A DNA stretch of 64,000 nt from Cyanobacteriota bacterium (GTDB taxonomy: Bacteria > Cyanobacteriota > Cyanobacteriia > PCC-6307 > Cyanobiaceae), in NCBI GenBank assembly GCA_046052125.1, contig JBJOMY010000003.1, positions 32,001 through 96,000 of the forward strand. Direction: 5' to 3'. How positions within the stretch are numbered: position 1 is the stretch's first letter; every line of letters begins with the position of its first letter. A model generated the notes under the pieces. That model ran no database searches. It saw only the letters and a program-made list of their open reading frames with translations, and was not told the DNA's origin. Positions 58,121 through 64,000 of this stretch are shown in pieces. The translations under genes were made by a program, and so were the position numbers.

Positions 58121-59011
58121 TCAGAACTGGTTTTCATGCAGATCCTGCATTGTTTCGGAGAGACGCAGCTGCTGGCGTAGGGCCCGCACGGCTTCACGGG
58201 CGGCGGAGCCGCTCGCGGCTCCCTGGGGCAGCAGCAGCCAGAGCTGCTCCACCAGCAGCGGTTGATCAACCAGGAGCTGCAGGTCGTGGCGCTCCAGCCA
58301 GCTCTGCGTCACAAGTTCCGGGCTGATCGGCAGGGCCAGCTGCCGATCGCGGGCGCGCTTGATCCAGGCCTCGGCCTCCTGGCAGGCCGCTGGCTGCTGC
58401 TCCACCCCATAGCCCTGGGCGGCAACGGCCTGATGCAGCAGGGGGGCAACAGCTCTACGGGGCAGCAGCACCCGGCGGCTGGTGGCGGCTGTGGCCACCA
58501 ACTGCAGACGCAGTTGGCCCAGCGGCAGCACCACCAACCCCTCCCAATGCGGCAGCTGACCCGACAGCAGCCGGCGCTCCAGGCAAAAGGAGCTGAGCAG
58601 CGCTCCATCCAGCAGGCCATGTCGCACCAGCTCCGCCCAGTGCTCCGCCTGGCGGCAGCGCGCTGGCACCTGCTGAATCCCGGCCAGGCCCTGCAGCAGG
58701 CGTTGGTGCAGCACATCGGTGCCGATGCGCAGCAGCCCCTCCATCAAGCGGTGCTCGCGGTAGGCCAGCCGCAGGTGCTGCAGGCAGGTGTTGTGCCCGT
58801 GGCGGCACACCGACGATCCCTGACGCGGCACCAGCCGGAACTGCAGCTGCATCAACTGCACGCTTCGGCACACCGTGCTCTGGTGCATGGCCAGTGCAGC
58901 GCCGGCCTTGGCCTGGGAGCCGGCCAGCTCGAGAAAGTCGAGGATGTGCAGGTCTTCCAGCGCCGTGGGTGGCGCGTAACTGCTGACTGGAGGACTGCTG
59001 GAGCTGGCCAC
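58121..59011 (-). CDS. LysR-like regulator (divergent effector domain)
   Basis: LEDLHILDFLELAGSQAKAGAALAMHQSTVCRS HTH; LRIG hinge. Confidence 0.65.
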   Translation of the reverse strand: MASSSSPPVSSYAPPTALEDLHILDFLELAGSQAKAGAALAMHQSTVCRSVQLMQLQFRLVPRQGSSVCRHGHNTCLQHLRLAYREHRLMEGLLRIGTDVLHQRLLQGLAGIQQVPARCRQAEHWAELVRHGLLDGALLSSFCLERRLLSGQLPHWEGLVVLPLGQLRLQLVATAATSRRVLLPRRAVAPLLHQAVAAQGYGVEQQPAACQEAEAWIKRARDRQLALPISPELVTQSWLERHDLQLLVDQPLLVEQLWLLLPQGAASGSAAREAVRALRQQLRLSETMQDLHENQF

Positions 59012-59138
59012 GGCTGGCTGGAACGTTGCTGGCTGCAGCGTCAGCGCCGCAGCACCGATCCGAGTTGTTTTTCGTGCGAAAGAGAAGCCGCCGGGTCAGG
59101 ATGCGGCTTCTGTTGTGGGGTGGGAGTTGCCGGTGCCG

Positions 59139-61337
59139 ATGACGCCTGCGTTGCGCTGCCACCTATTGATCGGCCAGCCCGCCAGCGGCAAGACCACCCT
59201 GGCTAAAGCGCTGGCGCCCCTGCTCAGCGCCCCGGGTGAACCGCCGGCCCAGGTGCTCTCCACCGATGCGATCCGGGCAGAGGTCTCCGGGGATGCGGCG
59301 GTACAGGGCCCCTGGGTGGATATCCAACAGCGGCTGCACCAACGCATCCAGGAGTGTGTGGCCGCCGGCATCCCGGTGATCGTGGATGCCACCCATGCCC
59401 GCCGCGCTTGGCGGCTGGCGATCACCCAGGCGTTGCCGCTGCCAGCAGCGGTGGAGTGGATCGGTTGGTGGCTCTACACCGATCTGCCCACCTCGCTCGC
59501 CTGGAACGCCAAGCGCGAGCGGGCCGTGCCCGTGCCGGTGATCCAGGAGATGGCGGCCGCCCTGGCCGATCCGCACTTCGGGCCGTCACGGGCGGAGGGG
59601 TTTGCGGCGATCTGTGCCGTGGTGCCCACCCACCACAACGATCTGACGGCGGTGCTGCAGGCCGAACTGACCGGGCTCGACCAGCGGATTCGCTCGGCCA
59701 CCAACCGCGAACGCAAGCTGCAGCGCCACGGCTACTCGCGGCTGCTGGATCTGGAGCGGCTGCTCCACCTGATCCGGCTGCTGAGCACCTGGCCCGATCT
59801 GGCAGCCACCGACCCTGCCAGCGCAGAAGAGCTGGAGGCGATCCTCTCGCCGCTGCCTGCGGGCGATCTGGCGGATCGGGCGGCGGCCTTTTTGGGCAAG
59901 CTGCACGGAGCCTGTTTTGCCGATGCCAGCGCCATCCGCAACGACTTGGCCTGGCTGGAGGCCAATGGCTTCTGCAGCGCCATCCCTTGCACCACGCCCA
60001 TTCAGCTGGCGCCAGCGCCGCGGGCCGTCGGCCCCATTCATGGCGGGCTGCCGCCCATGGGCGATGGGCCGGTGTTTGTGCGGGTGATGACGCTGCTGCG
60101 CCACCTGCTGCAGGTGCCCTTTGATCGGCCAGCCGAGCGCGGCAGCACCCTGCATCAGCACCTGATCACCGCCACAGAAACCATCCCCGGCGCCTACCTG
60201 CCGGGCGAAACAGCCACCCTGCGCAAGGACCTCGAGAAGCTCCTCACCCCCTACGGCTTCCGCAACCGCAACGACAACGTGCGCCACGGCTACTGCCTGG
60301 GCACGGCCGTGCTCTCGCCGGCCCGGCTGCGGGAGGTGCACAACGTGGTGCAGCAGGCGGCTGGCCGGCTGGCCGATCCCTCGGCGCAAGACCTGTTGGC
60401 CGACCTGGATGAACGGCTGGGCTGGGCTGGCATCAGCGCCGATGGCCTGCCGCCGGTACGCAGCTACGCCCGCCATGCGGTGGTCGACACCCAACTGGTG
60501 CGCCGCGACTCGCTGGCGGCACCCCGCCGCGCCGAAGCGATCGAAGCGGCGATCGTCGAACACCGCCGCGTGCTGCTGCAGCGCTACCCCGGTGTGGGCA
60601 GCTTTGCTGACAGCCCCGCCGGTGAGCTGCGCGTCTGGCCGCTGCAGCTGATCTTCCACAACGTGGGTTGGTATCTCCTCTATGAGGAGGACCAGGTGGG
60701 GCGCGAGCAGGGGTTGATCCGCAGCGAACGGCTCGATCGCCTCGCCATGGCCCGCGGCGATGGCGACCTACGCCGCAGCCGTGAGCAGCACGCCGCAGCC
60801 ATCAACCGGCTGGAGCGCTTGCTGCACCACAGCGGCGGTGTTTACTTCGGCAGTGATCTGGAGCAGCAGCATGCGGTGGCCAGCAGCTCAGCCCAGCGCC
60901 GCAGCCAGGCGCTGGTGACCCTGCGCTTCTGCTGCAGCCCCTGGGCCTTTGCCTTCATTCGCGAGGGCCTGCAGCGCTACCCGATCGAGCACACCCGCTT
61001 CTCCAAACCCCTGCCCGGCGACACTTGGTGGCATCACCCCAAGGCTCCGCACGTGCTCGAGCCAGGGGCCTCAGATGCCAGCCACCCCTACCCTGTGGAG
61101 CTGGATCTGCCGCCCTGGACCGTGGCGGCCGACATCGACCTGCGCAGCTGGCTGTTCGCCTTTGGCGGCGGCATTCGCATCGAGCAACCGGATGCGCTCA
61201 GGCAGGAGCTGCTGCAGCGCTGCCAGGAGGCGATCGCGGCCAATGGCGGGCCAGCAAGCCCAGCGGATGCCGCGGACCAGCCCTCCCAGCGGACTCCTTT
61301 TGCGAACCGCCTGCACAAAGACACGCGGTTGTTGTAG
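59139..61337 (+). CDS. AAA_33/PNK-like kinase fused to WYL-WCX domains
   Basis: LIGQPASGKTT, STDAIR, IVDATH..R; VWPLQLIFHNVGWYL, ERLDRL, WLFAFGGGIRIEQPDALR. Confidence 0.85.
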   Translation: MTPALRCHLLIGQPASGKTTLAKALAPLLSAPGEPPAQVLSTDAIRAEVSGDAAVQGPWVDIQQRLHQRIQECVAAGIPVIVDATHARRAWRLAITQALPLPAAVEWIGWWLYTDLPTSLAWNAKRERAVPVPVIQEMAAALADPHFGPSRAEGFAAICAVVPTHHNDLTAVLQAELTGLDQRIRSATNRERKLQRHGYSRLLDLERLLHLIRLLSTWPDLAATDPASAEELEAILSPLPAGDLADRAAAFLGKLHGACFADASAIRNDLAWLEANGFCSAIPCTTPIQLAPAPRAVGPIHGGLPPMGDGPVFVRVMTLLRHLLQVPFDRPAERGSTLHQHLITATETIPGAYLPGETATLRKDLEKLLTPYGFRNRNDNVRHGYCLGTAVLSPARLREVHNVVQQAAGRLADPSAQDLLADLDERLGWAGISADGLPPVRSYARHAVVDTQLVRRDSLAAPRRAEAIEAAIVEHRRVLLQRYPGVGSFADSPAGELRVWPLQLIFHNVGWYLLYEEDQVGREQGLIRSERLDRLAMARGDGDLRRSREQHAAAINRLERLLHHSGGVYFGSDLEQQHAVASSSAQRRSQALVTLRFCCSPWAFAFIREGLQRYPIEHTRFSKPLPGDTWWHHPKAPHVLEPGASDASHPYPVELDLPPWTVAADIDLRSWLFAFGGGIRIEQPDALRQELLQRCQEAIAANGGPASPADAADQPSQRTPFANRLHKDTRLL

Positions 61338-61464
61338 TCACACCTGGCCCCAACAGAACCTCGAGATCTCTTGATTCGATGCGGATTTCGCATGGTTCCA
61401 ACCATTCATCACGACGCTCCTGAATGGCGCACATCAGCGACTAAATCAAGGCCTGAGCCCAGCT

Positions 61465-62436
61465 GTGGCCAACAGGAGCACTTGCATCGTGAAGAGAACG
61501 CATGGTCCGCTCAGCTTGTTCGCCGCAGCTGCGCTGTTGAGCAGCCAGCTTCCGGTGCTTGCGGATGATCTGCCGCTGTATTGCAAATATCCGCCGGGTC
61601 GCGGACTCACTCCTGACCAGGAAGCCCGCTGCGCTGAAGACCCGGCCAAGGCCCAAGCGGCCAAGAAAAAGGCGGATGAATTGCAGCCGCCCACCTATCC
61701 CTTCTCCCGCGCCGGTTTCCTGACCGTTGAACCAACCAGCGGGAAGCAAATTGGCTTGACGTTGCTCTCCAAAGACGGCAGTGCGATCACCTTCGACTAC
61801 GGCAAGAACAAAGAGAGCCTGGTTCTGAAGCCGGCCGAGATCATCAGCTGGAAATCGGCCAATGCAGGCTCAGGAACCGACGCCAGCAGCGCGGTCAGCG
61901 TTGCCGTCGCGGGCGCCCTGTTCTTCTGGCCGATGATGCTGGCGGCCCCGTTCATGGTGAAGAACTACACCATCACCGGCTTTCAGGTTGAGACCATTGA
62001 TCGGCTCGGCAAAGATGTCAGCCTTGATTTCGCCACCATCGAAAGCCCCAGGCCAGCGATGGAGCTGCTGCGGTTTTCCACGGGCCTGACGGCAGGCACC
62101 AGACGCGGACCTGACACCACCAAACCGCTCTATGAAGCCGGACTCAAGCAATCGCTGCTTGAGCTGGAGACCTTGAAGAAACCGCTTCTGGTGGTGAACA
62201 ACAAAAAGCCGTGGTGCTCAACCATCAAGCTCAGCGACAATCCAGACAGTGCCGCCTACAAGGGCATGGTTGAGCACATCAATGCCTTGCGCCGCAAGCT
62301 GGAGCTGCCGCCCGTGCAAGACCTGGCAACCCAATCGACCGATCAGCAGTGGGAGGCCTATCTGGATTCCAAGCCAGGCCTGAGGCAATGGGCGGCGACC
62401 TACAAGCACCAGGCAGAGACGCTGAAACAGTGCTGA
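61465..62436 (+). CDS. putative exported/membrane protein
   Basis: Signal-peptide-like LSLFAAAALLSSQLPVLA; internal hydrophobic AVAGALFFWPMMLAAPF; start may be GTG 61489. Confidence 0.7.
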   Translation: MANRSTCIVKRTHGPLSLFAAAALLSSQLPVLADDLPLYCKYPPGRGLTPDQEARCAEDPAKAQAAKKKADELQPPTYPFSRAGFLTVEPTSGKQIGLTLLSKDGSAITFDYGKNKESLVLKPAEIISWKSANAGSGTDASSAVSVAVAGALFFWPMMLAAPFMVKNYTITGFQVETIDRLGKDVSLDFATIESPRPAMELLRFSTGLTAGTRRGPDTTKPLYEAGLKQSLLELETLKKPLLVVNNKKPWCSTIKLSDNPDSAAYKGMVEHINALRRKLELPPVQDLATQSTDQQWEAYLDSKPGLRQWAATYKHQAETLKQC

Positions 62437-62991
62437 GCGATCGGCGCCGGCATCCGCGGCGCCTCTAGTCCGAGCGAGGCCCTCGCCTCAGCAGCAAGGG
62501 CGCAGGCACTGGCTCTGGGAATAATGCACAATCTGCATCTTTTTTGCCGGCACCCTTGAGCTGCCCCACGGCGCCGGAGGCTCATGGAAGCCGGAATTCC
62601 ACCGCTACTGGCGCTAGATCGAGGGACAGCACTTGCCAGGTGGCGCGAATCCCGAACCACGCCAATCGGGCAATGGCGCAGTTATCGGTGCGCAGTTGCA
62701 GACAACGATGCACGAACTGCATCGAAATTCCGCGATTGGCTGTTGGCAATGGCGCGAGCCGGGGTCGGATTGCCGCGACCCGCCAGATCCGCAATTGTCA
62801 CAGCTACTCAAAATGAGACACGTGAGGAGACCCCAAGACCCGTTGCGCTGCAATCGATCTCAAAAGTGTGGATTATTTTTCGTTATACGGGCCCGTGGTG
62901 CGCAGCCCTCAGACTCTCGCGCCAAGTAATCACCAGCGCGCGATTCTAGGCCCACCCACCAAATATTTAATCTTTGCTTCAGGGTCTGGTT

Positions 62992-63380
62992 GGGAATTGA
63001 CACCACCACTGGTGGTGGCGGGTGGTTCAGGACCCCACCAGTGCTGATAGAACTGATGGGCGCCTTGGCAAGGGGCGGCACTCCCGGTCACGGCCGGGCG
63101 AAACGGGGAGTCCCGGGCTTTTCGCAAAGAAAAGGCCCAGGGAATGTCACCTCCCTAGGCCTCCCCTTGAAGGGTGCTGCTTTCTGTCAGCAGATTCATG
63201 GTGACCCATCGACCGCCTGTTGCGCGCCATTCGCGACACATCTCAGCAATTGACCCCAGCCCCTTGACAGAGCTGTCAGGGCAGGTCAATCCATCTCTAC
63301 CCAGCCGGCACTGTTCTGGTGTGGCCTGCATCGCTTCTGATGCTGCTGCCCAGTCCTGCGCTGCACACACCGGAGGTGGC
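62992..63380 (+). ncRNA. candidate structured RNA or leader (family unrecognised)
   Basis: Many nested stems in an intergenic region of ~950 bp without a convincing ORF; strand inferred. Confidence 0.35.
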
Positions 63381-63384
63381 CTTC

Positions 63385-63846
63385 ATGGCTGAGCCTCTCC
63401 CCACCCGCTGCTTGCTGCATCAAGTGCTGTACCAACGCACCTCGCCCTACGGCGATCCTTACGCCGTGGCTCTGATGATCGATCCTGCCGGCAATACCCA
63501 TACAGCACTTGCTTGCAGCAAGTTCTTCGGCGATCTCAACAGGCTCACTGAGTTGGAGGGCCACGAGGTGAACCTGCTGCAAACCCCCAACGGCTTGAAG
63601 CTCAGGCCGTGGGCGGAACAGTCCATCGAGGCCAGCGAGAGCTGCGATGAAACCTGTTGTTCATCGCCGTCGATGGAACCTGGCGAACTGCCAGACCCCT
63701 TGTTTGCAGAAGAAGAGCCGCCCGCAAGCAGCACGGCTGCGAGCACAAGCTCGGCAGCCTCTGCCTTCACGGACCTGGCCACCACCATGGCCAAGTTGGC
63801 GCGGGATCTCAAGCTCCCGACGGCCATGTGGATTCACCTCCCGTAG
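63385..63846 (+). CDS. hypothetical protein
   Basis: GGAGG Shine-Dalgarno before ATG 63385. Confidence 0.65.
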   Translation: MAEPLPTRCLLHQVLYQRTSPYGDPYAVALMIDPAGNTHTALACSKFFGDLNRLTELEGHEVNLLQTPNGLKLRPWAEQSIEASESCDETCCSSPSMEPGELPDPLFAEEEPPASSTAASTSSAASAFTDLATTMAKLARDLKLPTAMWIHLP

Positions 63847-63859
63847 CGGCGACCCCCGT

Positions 63860-63897
63860 CAGCCCCCCTGCTCAGGCAGTCCAGAGCAGGGGGGCTG
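63860..63897. terminator. GC hairpin between convergent genes
   Basis: CAGCCCCCCTGCTC / GAGCAGGGGGGCTG. Confidence 0.6.
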
Positions 63898-63908
63898 CAC
63901 CCAGGCGA

Positions 63909-64000
63909 TCAGCGCAGGCTTTCGCAGGCCTCGCCATCACCGTTGCCATCGAGATAGCTATGCCCCTGGCGCAGCAGCTCCTGGGCACGGTCGTAGGAGC
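63909..64000 (-). CDS. C-terminus of Excalibur Ca-binding domain protein (truncated by window)
   Basis: SYDRAQELLRQGHSYLDGNGDGEACESLR*. Confidence 0.7.
   Translation of the reverse strand, partial: SYDRAQELLRQGHSYLDGNGDGEACESLR

Larger units (their letters stand above)
15961..64000. mobile_element. prophage-like integrative element (right end not in window)
   Basis: Integrase at att; replication, packaging, capsid and lysis genes, then defence cargo; no second att copy seen, so extent beyond ~50 kb is uncertain. Confidence 0.65.

Noticed and set aside
49028..64000. Self-transmissible ICE
   Set aside because: No relaxase, coupling protein or T4SS gene in the window

Overview
This is a GC-rich (roughly 65% by eye) window with no housekeeping genes. 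It probably comes from a picocyanobacterium (Cyanobium/Synechococcus-like), inferred from a DUF1651-type gene, SigF-like sigma factors and a cyanobacterial LexA box. A 3'-half tRNA-Pro(UGG) fragment at 15919-15960 is an att core, with a tyrosine integrase on its right and an excisionase-like gene on its left. Left of att: a DnaB helicase and initiator-like gene with an iteron array, a group 2-like sigma, a sigma4-less mini sigma, a metallophosphoesterase, an HxlR redox cassette, an SOS-boxed gene pair and three RHH genes. Right of att: a prophage-like element with KilA-N, T7-type SSB, ERF-like, XRE, VRR-NUC, helicase and P4-type primase genes, plus a full head, packaging and lysis set but no recognisable tail genes. 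Its head genes are scattered among cargo (OLD-like nuclease, DUF429, Mesh1-like hydrolase, TA pairs). Further right come ArdC with foldback hairpins, a type I RM operon and a kinase-WYL fusion. Best candidates for undescribed biology: (1) a sigma4-less late sigma with a -10-only CGGCAAYAG motif upstream of five structural/lysis genes; (2) a three-gene plug-and-socket collagen fibre; (3) the tail-less capsid module; (4) a family of ssDNA-type hairpins around ardC. All calls are from motif reading only, with no database searches.
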